Shown: in pieces, positions 7,942 to 17,210 of the stretch
How the letters are laid out: every line of letters begins with the position of its first letter
How positions within the stretch are numbered: the first letter of the stretch is position 1
Sequence record: SRR22947727_2287
Strand: one strand, 5' to 3'
DNA: 42,969 bases
Program-made: the position numbers and the translations under genes
The notes under the pieces: model-generated
What the model was told of the DNA's origin: nothing
The model's input: the letters and a program-made list of their open reading frames with translations, nothing else
Databases searched by the model: none

Positions 7942-8028
7942 TTACTTTCTAGTGATCCAAAAGCATATGACTAGCAAGATGATAGCTGGGACAGCATAAG
8001 CTGAAATCACCATTAATTTATCAATCAT
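7942..8028 (-). CDS. Unannotated 28-aa single-TM small protein
   Basis: MIDKLMVISAYAVPAIILLVICFWITRK*. SD AGGAG lies 6 nt upstream, the start overlaps the ggt stop region, and the ORF fills the ggt-pilD gap almost exactly. Confidence 0.6.
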   Translation of the reverse strand: MIDKLMVISAYAVPAIILLVICFWITRK

Positions 8029-9799
8029 ATATTTCTCCTGATGCAAAAGCGTCGGGCCTTCTAAAATCTCCATACCCATAATACATATTATCTATATACA
8101 TTATAGTTTGAAGGCATGTTGCTGGATTTATAATTTTAATATTATATTTTAGTTCTAGAAGCTGATTTTTTATTTCTGGATCTATTGATGATTCAATTTG
8201 AAGTAAATCAGGTTGCCACTGATGATGAATTCGTTTTGCTGCATTGGCTTCTTCAAGATTCATGCCGAAGTCGACGATATTTATAATTGACTGTAAAACT
8301 GCAGTAATTATTCTTGAACCACCTGGGCTCCCAGTTGTGAAGAAAAAATCCCCATCTTTCATAACTATCGTGGGTGTCATCGAGCTTAAGGGTCTTTTGC
8401 CTGGAACTATCTGATTAGCTTCTGCTCCAAGAAGACCGAATTGGTTTGGTATTCCAGGCGCAGCAGCAAAATCATCCATCTCATTGTTCATAAGAATGCC
8501 TGTATTTTTTATGACTACCCCAGAACCAAATGTTGAATTAAGAGTATAAGTTGAAGAGACAGCATTACCATCTTTATCAACAATAGAAAAATGAGTAGTT
8601 TCGTAACTTTCATTGTCACTGAATGTGCCTGGATAAATTATAGAAGAGGGTGTAACTTTACCAATTTTAATTTTTTCATTTATAGTTTTTGCATAATTTT
8701 TGCTAATAATTTGAGATACTGGCACCTCATAATAATCAGGATCACCAAGATACTTAGATCTATCTGCATATGCGTATTTCATGATTTCTGTTAAAAGATT
8801 AATATATTCAGATGAATTATGTTCAATCTTTGAAACATTATGGCTCTCAAGAATATTTAGCATTTGAATAACATGTACCCCACCTGAAGAAGGCGGTCCC
8901 ATAGTTATAATCTCAGTATCTCTATAGGTTGATTTTAATGGCGTTCTCCAAACCGGTTGGTAATTTTCTAAATCATCCTTTGTTATTAACCCTCCATTTA
9001 ATTGCATTTGAGTATGTATTTTTTCTGCAACAGGACCTAGATAAAAACCATCTCTACCATATTGAGCTATTAATTTTAATGTTTTAGCTAAATCCTTTTG
9101 TACTAATTTTTTATTTTCAAAATCTGGATTATTTTTCTGAAATATTTTTTTTGTTTCTGGATAAAAAGATAATTTTGATTCATATTTTACTAACATATCT
9201 GAAAGGTATGGAGTTATATAAAAACCATTTTCAGCATAATATATAGCATCCTCAAGAAGCTTGCTCCATTCCAATGATCCAAACTTTGAATGAACTTCCC
9301 ATAGACCGGCTACTGTTCCAGGCACTCCGCTTGCAAGATATCCAAATGTTGATAATTTTTGATCGTTAAATGTACCATCTGAATTTAAGTACATATCTTT
9401 ATCTGAACTGATTGGTGCCTTTTCTCTATAATCAATTGAGAATTGTTTATTTAAAGTAGAGTCATGTATTACCATGAACCCACCGCCACCAATATTTCCA
9501 GCTCTTGGAAGCACTACAGCCAATGTAAAACCAACTGCAATAGCTGCATCATATGCGTTACCACCACTATTAAGTATTTTTTCACCTACCGCTGTGGCTA
9601 AAAAATGCTGTGTTGTAACCATTCCATTTTTGCCTAGAGCTATATTTTTTTGAGCAGGTTCATAGTTATTAGGATTAATAGTTCCAATGGGCTCATAGGA
9701 TTGAGCTAATATATTTGACGAGCATATAATTAATATAAAAGCAGATAATGCCAATTGTTGGAAATAGCTAAAATGTTGAATACAAAAGTTTGAGCGCAT
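8021..9799 (-). CDS. ggt: Gamma-glutamyltransferase
   Basis: GGNAYDAA, GNIGGGGF, IDYREKAP, autocleavage site ETTHFS, NNEMDDF, RPLSSMTP and GSPGGSRI motifs, plus a signal peptide. Confidence 0.95.
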   Translation of the reverse strand: MRSNFCIQHFSYFQQLALSAFILIICSSNILAQSYEPIGTINPNNYEPAQKNIALGKNGMVTTQHFLATAVGEKILNSGGNAYDAAIAVGFTLAVVLPRAGNIGGGGFMVIHDSTLNKQFSIDYREKAPISSDKDMYLNSDGTFNDQKLSTFGYLASGVPGTVAGLWEVHSKFGSLEWSKLLEDAIYYAENGFYITPYLSDMLVKYESKLSFYPETKKIFQKNNPDFENKKLVQKDLAKTLKLIAQYGRDGFYLGPVAEKIHTQMQLNGGLITKDDLENYQPVWRTPLKSTYRDTEIITMGPPSSGGVHVIQMLNILESHNVSKIEHNSSEYINLLTEIMKYAYADRSKYLGDPDYYEVPVSQIISKNYAKTINEKIKIGKVTPSSIIYPGTFSDNESYETTHFSIVDKDGNAVSSTYTLNSTFGSGVVIKNTGILMNNEMDDFAAAPGIPNQFGLLGAEANQIVPGKRPLSSMTPTIVMKDGDFFFTTGSPGGSRIITAVLQSIINIVDFGMNLEEANAAKRIHHQWQPDLLQIESSIDPEIKNQLLELKYNIKIINPATCLQTIMYIDNMYYGYGDFRRPDAFASGEIYD

Positions 9800-9883
9800 A
9801 ATAAAAATCCCTAATAAAAATATACTAAATTTTGTGTTTAGATATAATAACTTTTTTAAATATAAATTATATATACATCATCA

Positions 9884-11560
9884 ATGAAAGACTTATATCA
9901 AGAAATATTATCTCAAGTTACTGTCCCTGGTCAGATGTTTGAAACCAAAGAGGTTATCAATGAATCAGGGGTTACATTTAATGAATATGTCAATTTTCCG
10001 GATAGCATTAGAGGTTATTTAGATTTTGCTCTTTTGCATGCTGATAAAGAGTGCATCGTATTTGATGATGAAAGATATACTTATAAACAAGTATTTGAAA
10101 AAAGTGCTCAGACAGCAAATGCTCTAATTAACGAAGGTATTAGTAAGGGCGATAAAGTTGCAATTTGTATGCAGAATAATCCTGAATTTATTTTTGCTTA
10201 TTTAGGGATAGTCGGTATTGGTGCCGTTTGTGTTCCTCTTAATTCATGGTGGGTGCCTTCTGAAGTTATATATGGTTTAGAACATTCAGATGCAAAACTT
10301 TTATTTGCAGACCAAAAAAGAATGCAAGGTTTAGAATCTCTCAAGGATGTTAAAAAAATTGTAACGACCTATACTCCTGACCCATTATTTAGGTCTTTTT
10401 CAGAATTCATTAATGAACAATCTATTTCCTTTCCTGATATTGAAATTGGTAGAAATGACCCAGCAACTATTTACTATACATCTGGCTCAACAGGCAAACC
10501 TAAAGGAGTTTTATCTTCTCAAAAAGCAGTAATTGCAACCCTATTTAGCTGGGCATGTTTTTCTTCTATTATGAAAGAAGTTGATAATCAAAAAAATCCA
10601 AATACTCCTCCATTACTCGATGAGGCTTCAGCAATTTTACTTTGTGTGCCACTTTTTCACGTTACAGGAAGTCATGCAGGTATGTTTATGTCCATCTTGG
10701 TTGGACGTAAAATTGTTATGATGAAAAAATGGGATGCTGGCAGAGCATTGCAATTAATAGAACAAGAAAAAATATCTGATATCACAGGTGTACCAACACA
10801 AACATGGGAATTATTAAATCATCCTGAGAGATTAAATTATGACCTTTCATCCTTAAAGACACTTGGAGCTGGTGGGGCACCAAGACCGGCTGAGCATGTT
10901 AAACAACTTGATTCTGAATTCGAAGCAAGACCTGGTATTGGTTATGGTCTATCAGAAACAAATGCATTAGGAGCTCTTGGAAGTGGAGATGAATATGTTG
11001 ATCACCCTCAATCAACAGGAAGAGTTGTCCCTCCTTTAACTGAAATTAGAATCATAGATGAAAACTGGAACGAGCTTGGGGAAGGAGAGATTGGTGAAAT
11101 TGCAATTAAGTCCTTAGGAAATATGATTTGTTACTGGAAAAATCCTGAAGCTACAAAAGAATGTATGAGTGACGATGGCTGGTTTAAGTCTGGAGACTTA
11201 GGAAAATTCGAAGGTCCTTTTTTATACATTCTTGATAGAGTTAAAGATATTGTCATTAGAGGAGGGGAGAATATTGCTTGCCCAGAAGTTGAAGCAGCAA
11301 TGTATGAGCATAAAGATGTCTTAGAAGCAGTTGCATTTGGTATATCAGATGAAAGACTTGGCGAGGTATTATGTGCAGCAATATTTTTGAGAGAAGATTC
11401 GAGTCTGACCTCAGATGAACTACAGTCATTTTTAGCGACAAGATTAGCTTCCTTCAAAATACCTTTAAATATAAAATTTTTAGATAGTAATCTGCCTAAA
11501 GTAGGATCAGGAAAATTTGACAAACCAGCCCTGAGAAAACAGTTTGAACAAGAATTTTAA
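9884..11560 (+). CDS. Class I adenylate-forming enzyme, long-chain fatty acid-CoA ligase-like
   Basis: YTSGSTGKPKG, PLFHV, GYGLSET, SGDLG, DRVKDIVIRGGENI and GSGKFDK motifs. Confidence 0.92.
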   Translation: MKDLYQEILSQVTVPGQMFETKEVINESGVTFNEYVNFPDSIRGYLDFALLHADKECIVFDDERYTYKQVFEKSAQTANALINEGISKGDKVAICMQNNPEFIFAYLGIVGIGAVCVPLNSWWVPSEVIYGLEHSDAKLLFADQKRMQGLESLKDVKKIVTTYTPDPLFRSFSEFINEQSISFPDIEIGRNDPATIYYTSGSTGKPKGVLSSQKAVIATLFSWACFSSIMKEVDNQKNPNTPPLLDEASAILLCVPLFHVTGSHAGMFMSILVGRKIVMMKKWDAGRALQLIEQEKISDITGVPTQTWELLNHPERLNYDLSSLKTLGAGGAPRPAEHVKQLDSEFEARPGIGYGLSETNALGALGSGDEYVDHPQSTGRVVPPLTEIRIIDENWNELGEGEIGEIAIKSLGNMICYWKNPEATKECMSDDGWFKSGDLGKFEGPFLYILDRVKDIVIRGGENIACPEVEAAMYEHKDVLEAVAFGISDERLGEVLCAAIFLREDSSLTSDELQSFLATRLASFKIPLNIKFLDSNLPKVGSGKFDKPALRKQFEQEF

Positions 11561-11635
11561 ATTTATAATAAAAATACTGTATCTTTTAAAAAAAAAGAGT
11601 ATAAATGTCTGGGTATAGTTTAATCTTATTTACTT

Positions 11636-12328
11636 ATGTCACAAAAAATATTAATTATTGAAGATGAGCCAGATATAAGAAAGACCTTAGAGTATAATAT
11701 CTCTAGAGAGGGATATCATGTTGTTAGCGCATCATCATTGGTAGAAGCTAAATCTCGGTTTGAATCAGACTCCTTCTCTTTAATACTTTTAGATTTAATG
11801 CTTCCCGATGGTTCAGGTTTGGATTTATGCAGGGAGATTAAATTGGATAAAGAGAAATCTTCCATTCCAATAATAATTTTAACAGCTAAAGATGACGAGG
11901 TTGATAAGGTTGTCGGTTTTGAGCTTGGTGCTGATGATTATGTTACTAAGCCATTTAGTGTAAGAGAGCTCATTCTTAGGATGAAAGCAGTCTTAAAAAG
12001 AGGAGAAAAAAAATCAGATAATGTTGAGGTTCAAAGACAATTTGGACAATTATCTATCAACACAGAGTCCCATGAAGTTTTTGTAGATGATAATGAAATA
12101 ACTCTTACTGCCCTTGAATTTAAATTACTATGTCAACTTGTTGATAGAAGAGGCAGAGTTCAATCTAGAGATCAGTTATTGTCTGATGTTTGGGGTTATA
12201 GTGCTGAAGTTACAACAAGAACAGTAGATACACATATTAAGCGTTTAAGAGAAAAGCTTGGCAGTATGGGTAAGTATGTTCAAACTATAAGGGGAGTTGG
12301 TTACAAGTTCACAAGAACCCCTGATTAA
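11636..12328 (+). CDS. phoB: OmpR-family response regulator, probable PhoB/PhoP
   Basis: IEDE, LLDLMLP, GADDYVTKPFS, and winged-helix TRTVDTHIKRLREKL...TIRGVGY. Sits within a phosphate-gene cluster. Confidence 0.8.
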   Translation: MSQKILIIEDEPDIRKTLEYNISREGYHVVSASSLVEAKSRFESDSFSLILLDLMLPDGSGLDLCREIKLDKEKSSIPIIILTAKDDEVDKVVGFELGADDYVTKPFSVRELILRMKAVLKRGEKKSDNVEVQRQFGQLSINTESHEVFVDDNEITLTALEFKLLCQLVDRRGRVQSRDQLLSDVWGYSAEVTTRTVDTHIKRLREKLGSMGKYVQTIRGVGYKFTRTPD

Positions 12329-12330
12329 AT

Positions 12331-14100
12331 ATGGGCATTAGATCCCGAATTTTTTTATTAGTATTTATTTCTCTTAGTATAAGCATCACTGTTTCTTACA
12401 TTATTGCTGAGAGAGATCTAACAAAAACTTTTGAACAACAAATTGTAGAGCAACTTCAAAGACAAGCATCCTTACTTGTTGAATATATTGATGAGGTTGA
12501 TGAATTACAAGTAAATAATAATGCAGATTCTATTGCCGATAGACTGGGTAAAGCATCAAATTCAAGGGTGACTTTAATATTAAATAACGGCACTGTTATT
12601 GGAGATTCATATATAGATCAAATAGAGCTTGCTTCTCTAGAAAATCACAGCAATAGAGAAGAATTTATTGAAGCAATAAATAATGGCTTTGGTTGGTCAT
12701 CAAGATATAGCAACTCTGTTCAACAACAACAACTTTACTTTGCTATAAGAGACAAGAATGAAGTATCACCCAATATTATAAGAATTGCAGTTCCTTATAC
12801 CTATCTAGATAAAGCTATTCAAAGTTTAGACTTATCCATATTACTAGTTGCCATGGTTGCATTATTGGTTGCAACTATTGCTAGTGGTGTTGCAGCTAAC
12901 TATACATATACAAGCATTGCAGAACTTGCTAATGCTGCATCAAATCTCGCTGGTGGCTCGCTTAAGAAAAGCTCTATTAAAGCATTGCCAACAGATAGAG
13001 TTGATGAATTTGGCAATGTAGCCAGAAGTATTTCGCAAATATCAGAAGATTTAAAATCTCAAATTAATTTATTAGCTAAGCAAAGAGATGAGTTTGGGTC
13101 TGTGCTCGATGATCTTGGTGAAGGAATTATGGTTGCAAACAAGGGAGGCCAAATAACCTATTGCAACGAACAGTTTTTACTAATATTGAATAGAAAAAAT
13201 ATTATAGATCTAGATATAAAAGATTTAGATGTTAAATCAATACAAAGTCTCTATAAAAAAACAAAAAGGACTAAATCTGCTGATATAGAGTTTGAGATTG
13301 AAAATAAAGATAAGTCTACTAAATGGATTCTAGCTTCAATGAATCAATCAAAAACAAGTAAAGAATTTATATTAGTTATTCATGACATAACCCAACTTAG
13401 ACAGTTGAGCTCCATGAGAAGAGACTTCATTTCAAATGTATCGCATGAATTAAGAACCCCTGTGAGCGTTATTAGAGCAAATTCAGAAACTTTATTGCAG
13501 GGAGCGCTAGATGATAAGAAGCAAGCAAAAGTTTTTTCTAAAGCAATTTTGCACAACTCCGAAAGATTAACCGAAATGGTAACAGACCTACTAGATCTCT
13601 CAAGAATAGATCATGGAGAATTGAAACTTATAATAGAAGAAATTGATATAAAGCATTCTATTTATGAGGTTATTGACTCCCTTAAACATCTTGGTAAAAA
13701 GAAAAACATTTCTATAGAGTGTATGTGTCCAAGCAAGCCTCAATATGTTTTGGGTGATAAAAAAGCACTTGAAAGAATACTAACAAATCTAATTGATAAT
13801 GCATTTAAGTACAGTGAAGAGAATTCAACTATTACTATCAATACAAAAACAAAAATTAAAGATGAAAATATAATCATTTCTGTCTCTGACACAGGTCGTG
13901 GTATATCAGATGAAGATAAGTTATTAATTTTTGATAGATTTTTTAGAACAGCTGAGGCTAGAGCTTCCGAGAAAAAAGGAAGTGGGCTTGGCCTGGCTAT
14001 TGTTAAAAATCTAGTAAATAGTCTTAACGGTGATGTGGGTGTTAAAAATGCTGCCAACAAAGGTTCTAAGTTTTGGTTTACACTCCCGTTAGGCAAATAA
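12331..14100 (+). CDS. phoR: Sensor histidine kinase, probable PhoR
   Basis: Two TM helices around an extracytoplasmic domain with ENHSNREE, then HAMP- and PAS-like segments, MRRDFISNVSHELRTP H-box, NLIDNAFKY, DTGRGI and GSGLGLAIVK. Confidence 0.85.
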   Translation: MGIRSRIFLLVFISLSISITVSYIIAERDLTKTFEQQIVEQLQRQASLLVEYIDEVDELQVNNNADSIADRLGKASNSRVTLILNNGTVIGDSYIDQIELASLENHSNREEFIEAINNGFGWSSRYSNSVQQQQLYFAIRDKNEVSPNIIRIAVPYTYLDKAIQSLDLSILLVAMVALLVATIASGVAANYTYTSIAELANAASNLAGGSLKKSSIKALPTDRVDEFGNVARSISQISEDLKSQINLLAKQRDEFGSVLDDLGEGIMVANKGGQITYCNEQFLLILNRKNIIDLDIKDLDVKSIQSLYKKTKRTKSADIEFEIENKDKSTKWILASMNQSKTSKEFILVIHDITQLRQLSSMRRDFISNVSHELRTPVSVIRANSETLLQGALDDKKQAKVFSKAILHNSERLTEMVTDLLDLSRIDHGELKLIIEEIDIKHSIYEVIDSLKHLGKKKNISIECMCPSKPQYVLGDKKALERILTNLIDNAFKYSEENSTITINTKTKIKDENIIISVSDTGRGISDEDKLLIFDRFFRTAEARASEKKGSGLGLAIVKNLVNSLNGDVGVKNAANKGSKFWFTLPLGK

Positions 14101-14102
14101 GC

Positions 14103-14142
14103 ACTTAACAAATCTGTAACATTCATACACATTTCGAAACAA
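14103..14142 (+). promoter_or_regulatory. Pho-box-like site upstream of the large lipoprotein gene
   Basis: ACTTAAC-AAAT-CTGTAAC (14103-14120, 11-bp period) followed by degenerate units. 14104-14142 matches 3704-3742 at 26 of 39 positions without gaps. Confidence 0.6.
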
Positions 14143-14230
14143 AAATTTAGCATTTATTTTCAACTTCTCCTCACTAACTTTTCGCAAGTCAAGTTAAATA
14201 GATTCATATTTCCTTGGAGGAGAGTAATTT

Positions 14231-17173
14231 ATGTTCACTAAATCATTTAAAAACATTTCATTTATAACAACAATCTTTGTATTAACCGCATGTGGTGGTG
14301 GCGGTGACACCTCAATTGCTTCACCTGGTGAGTTAGGTTCACTTGATGACCCAACTGGTGGGGGAGGAACGGGCGGCTCAAGCAGTAACGTTCTTACTGG
14401 TTCTTGTCCTGAATCTGAATTTATTACAAATGGATCTCCTGTAGCTGGAAATACTGTTTGTGCTATTGAAGGCCCAATAACAGGCGAGTTAACTTTAACT
14501 AACGATGTAATGTATAGAATGTTAAATAAAGTAGATGTTGGTGTAGACATGGGTGGTGACGGTACCAAAGCTGGTGGCGTATCTGGAACGCTAACAATAC
14601 CTGCTGGTGTTGTTATCATGGGTAAAACGTCCAATGATTACCTAGTTGTTAATAGAGGTTCAAAGTTAATAGCAAATGGAACTAGATCAAAACCTATTAG
14701 ATTCACTCATAATACTGCTATAGAAGGCACGGTTGGTGAGCTCGAAAGAGGCTTGTGGGGTGGAATAGTTATTTTAGGTAAAGCCCCAATAAATAAATGT
14801 TCAAATGATGTAAGAGGAACTGCTGCTTGTGAAAGTGTTGTAGAGGGTTCTGATGCTCTTATGGGCGGAGCCACACCAGACGATAATTCTGGAAAACTAA
14901 ATTTTGTAAGAGTTGAATATGCTGGCTATGAGATTTTTCCTGGTAATGAATTAAACGGTATTACTTTTGGTGGAGTTGGGTATGGAACAGAGGTAGATTA
15001 TGTTCAGGTTCATAATAATCAAGACGACTGTGTAGAGTTCTTCGGTGGAACTGTTAATGTTAAACACTTAATTTGTACTAATGCAGGTGATGATAATCTA
15101 GATATAGATTGGGGTTATCAAGGAAAAATGCAGTTTGTTGTTGTTAAACAATCATCCGATACAAGCGATCATGTAGTTGAGTCTGATAATACCAATGCAG
15201 ACTCAGCGGTTGGCTTTTTAACAGAGCCAAGATCAAGGCCAATGGTTGCAAACTTTACTTTTCTAGCTCAAGGCGCTGACGAACCATTGAAATATAAAGA
15301 AGGTGTTTCTGGTATTTATATTAATGGAATAGTAGTAAATGCTAATTCACAAAATCTTATTGAATCAACAAATTTAGAAACAATTCAAGATGGCGCTTTA
15401 ACACCTAAACTTCAGCATCATTCTATCTTTATGGATTCTGCTGGTGATACTTCACCTTTTAAAGCTGATACAGATTCTAGTGGAGTAACAGCGGCACAAT
15501 TAGAAGCTTCCTTAAAAGAAAGAGCTACAGATTTAGTTCTTGGGACAAATACTCTAGTTTCAGGCATGTTCCTTGGTGATGCCGAAGAAGCTGTTGTTTC
15601 TGCATTTAATGGTTCAAAAGTTCAAGCTATGTGTGCAGTAGGCCCTCATTCAGCAGGCACCCCAACTGAATTGTGCCCAACATATAGTTCAAAAGAAGGA
15701 AGATACATTGTAGATACATGGTTTTCAGCAACTGATTATATTGGTGCATTCTCACCTGGTTCTGATATTGAGAACAATTGGGCATCTGGCTGGACAATAG
15801 GCTTATTTACAGCCCCTGAATGCCCTAATGGTACTCTTGAGTCCGAAGTGCTTTTAGGTAAAAAAGTATGTAGTCTATCTGGTGAAGTTATAGAAGACAT
15901 TTCACTTGTTGCTGGCAACTATTACAAATTAGATGGAAAAGTAGCCATTGGTAAAGATATGGGTGCTGATGGAACTAAAACTGGTGGAGTAAGTGCTAAA
16001 TTATCTATTGAACCAGGCGTTACAATTTTTGGTGAGTCTGGAAATGACTATTTAGTAGTTATGAGAGGTTCAGATATTCATGCAGTTGGCACTTCTTCAG
16101 CTCCAATAGTTATGACTGGAAGACAGGATATATTAGGCGAGGCTGATATTGTTAATACTCGTGGTTTGTGGGGCGGATTAGTAATTTTAGGTCAAGCACC
16201 TATAAATAAATGCTCATTTTCAACGGCAGGTTCTTCTTCTAGCGCTGGAACAAGAGTTAATCCATGTGAAAAAGAAGTAGAAGGTTCATCTGGCGATACT
16301 ATGGGTGGTGAGCTACCTAATGATAGTAGCGGATCATTGAAATATGTAAGAGTTCAATATGCAGGATATGAGGTTTTCCCTGGAAACGAACTTAATGGAA
16401 TTACTTTTGGTGGAGTTGGTAATGGAACTGTTGTTGATTATATCCAAGTTCATAATAATCAAGATGATTGTGTCGAATTTTTTGGTGGCACTGTTGATGT
16501 TAAACGTTTAATTTGCACTGGTGCTGGTGACGATAATCTAGATATAGACTGGGGATATCAAGGCAGAATGCAATATGTATTAGTTCAACAATCAAATGGA
16601 GTTGGTGACCATGTCGTTGAATCAGATAATACTAATGCTGATGCTGCTGTAGCCTACTTAACAGAACCAAGATCTAATCCAATAGTTTCAAACTTTACTT
16701 TCCTAAGTAGTGGTAAGGATGAAATATTTAAATTAAAAGAAGGTGTTTCTGGTCAATACTATAATGGCGTGGCTGTTGTTAAAGATGGCTCCACTAATTG
16801 TATAGAAACAACTTTTGCAGAAACTGCTCAAGATGGCGCTGTTACTCCTCACTTCTCTATGAATTCAGTGGCAATGGAGTGTAATGGTTTTGTTAAAACT
16901 GATGGATTAGCAACTGTTGCTTCAATTGAGGCTATTGTAAAAGAGGGTGCTAATAACTTGTATGGAGCAAATTCTGGAAGTGGTTCTTATGTGAACACAC
17001 TCAGCGGTCCTGTTAATGGATCATCTGAGTCAGCTGCTACAGTGACAACAATTCCTGATAAATATAATGCTGATGGTTTCTTTGATACAACTGATTACAT
17101 TGGTGCTATTAAGGGTGCTACAGATACTTGGTATAAGAACTGGACACTTTCTGGAACTATAGACGTCCAATAA
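14231..17173 (+). CDS. Large lipoprotein with two tandem beta-helix-like domains (ElpS-like family)
   Basis: SD GGAGG, lipobox LTA-C followed by a Gly/Ser linker, and two copies of RGLWGG.VILG.APINKC...YAGYE.FPGNELNGITFGGVG.GT..DY.QVHNNQDDCVEFFGGTV...AGDDNLDIDWGYQG. Confidence 0.85.
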   Translation: MFTKSFKNISFITTIFVLTACGGGGDTSIASPGELGSLDDPTGGGGTGGSSSNVLTGSCPESEFITNGSPVAGNTVCAIEGPITGELTLTNDVMYRMLNKVDVGVDMGGDGTKAGGVSGTLTIPAGVVIMGKTSNDYLVVNRGSKLIANGTRSKPIRFTHNTAIEGTVGELERGLWGGIVILGKAPINKCSNDVRGTAACESVVEGSDALMGGATPDDNSGKLNFVRVEYAGYEIFPGNELNGITFGGVGYGTEVDYVQVHNNQDDCVEFFGGTVNVKHLICTNAGDDNLDIDWGYQGKMQFVVVKQSSDTSDHVVESDNTNADSAVGFLTEPRSRPMVANFTFLAQGADEPLKYKEGVSGIYINGIVVNANSQNLIESTNLETIQDGALTPKLQHHSIFMDSAGDTSPFKADTDSSGVTAAQLEASLKERATDLVLGTNTLVSGMFLGDAEEAVVSAFNGSKVQAMCAVGPHSAGTPTELCPTYSSKEGRYIVDTWFSATDYIGAFSPGSDIENNWASGWTIGLFTAPECPNGTLESEVLLGKKVCSLSGEVIEDISLVAGNYYKLDGKVAIGKDMGADGTKTGGVSAKLSIEPGVTIFGESGNDYLVVMRGSDIHAVGTSSAPIVMTGRQDILGEADIVNTRGLWGGLVILGQAPINKCSFSTAGSSSSAGTRVNPCEKEVEGSSGDTMGGELPNDSSGSLKYVRVQYAGYEVFPGNELNGITFGGVGNGTVVDYIQVHNNQDDCVEFFGGTVDVKRLICTGAGDDNLDIDWGYQGRMQYVLVQQSNGVGDHVVESDNTNADAAVAYLTEPRSNPIVSNFTFLSSGKDEIFKLKEGVSGQYYNGVAVVKDGSTNCIETTFAETAQDGAVTPHFSMNSVAMECNGFVKTDGLATVASIEAIVKEGANNLYGANSGSGSYVNTLSGPVNGSSESAATVTTIPDKYNADGFFDTTDYIGAIKGATDTWYKNWTLSGTIDVQ
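14405..17170 (+). repeat. Intragenic tandem domain duplication (about 14405-15800 and 15821-17170)
   Basis: The conserved core is offset by 1440 nt (compare 14941 with 16381). Amino acids are nearly identical there while many third codon positions differ. Confidence 0.92.
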
Positions 17174-17210
17174 TAAGAGTGATAACAAATAATTTTTATT
17201 GGAGAAACAA

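Noticed and set aside
11561-11635. Autoregulatory Pho box upstream of phoB
   Set aside because: No convincing 7-4-7 direct repeat is visible.
14231-17173. Duplication as an assembly artefact or CRISPR-like repeat
   Set aside because: The copies differ at many synonymous sites and by indels and lie in one open frame. There is no short repeat-spacer structure.
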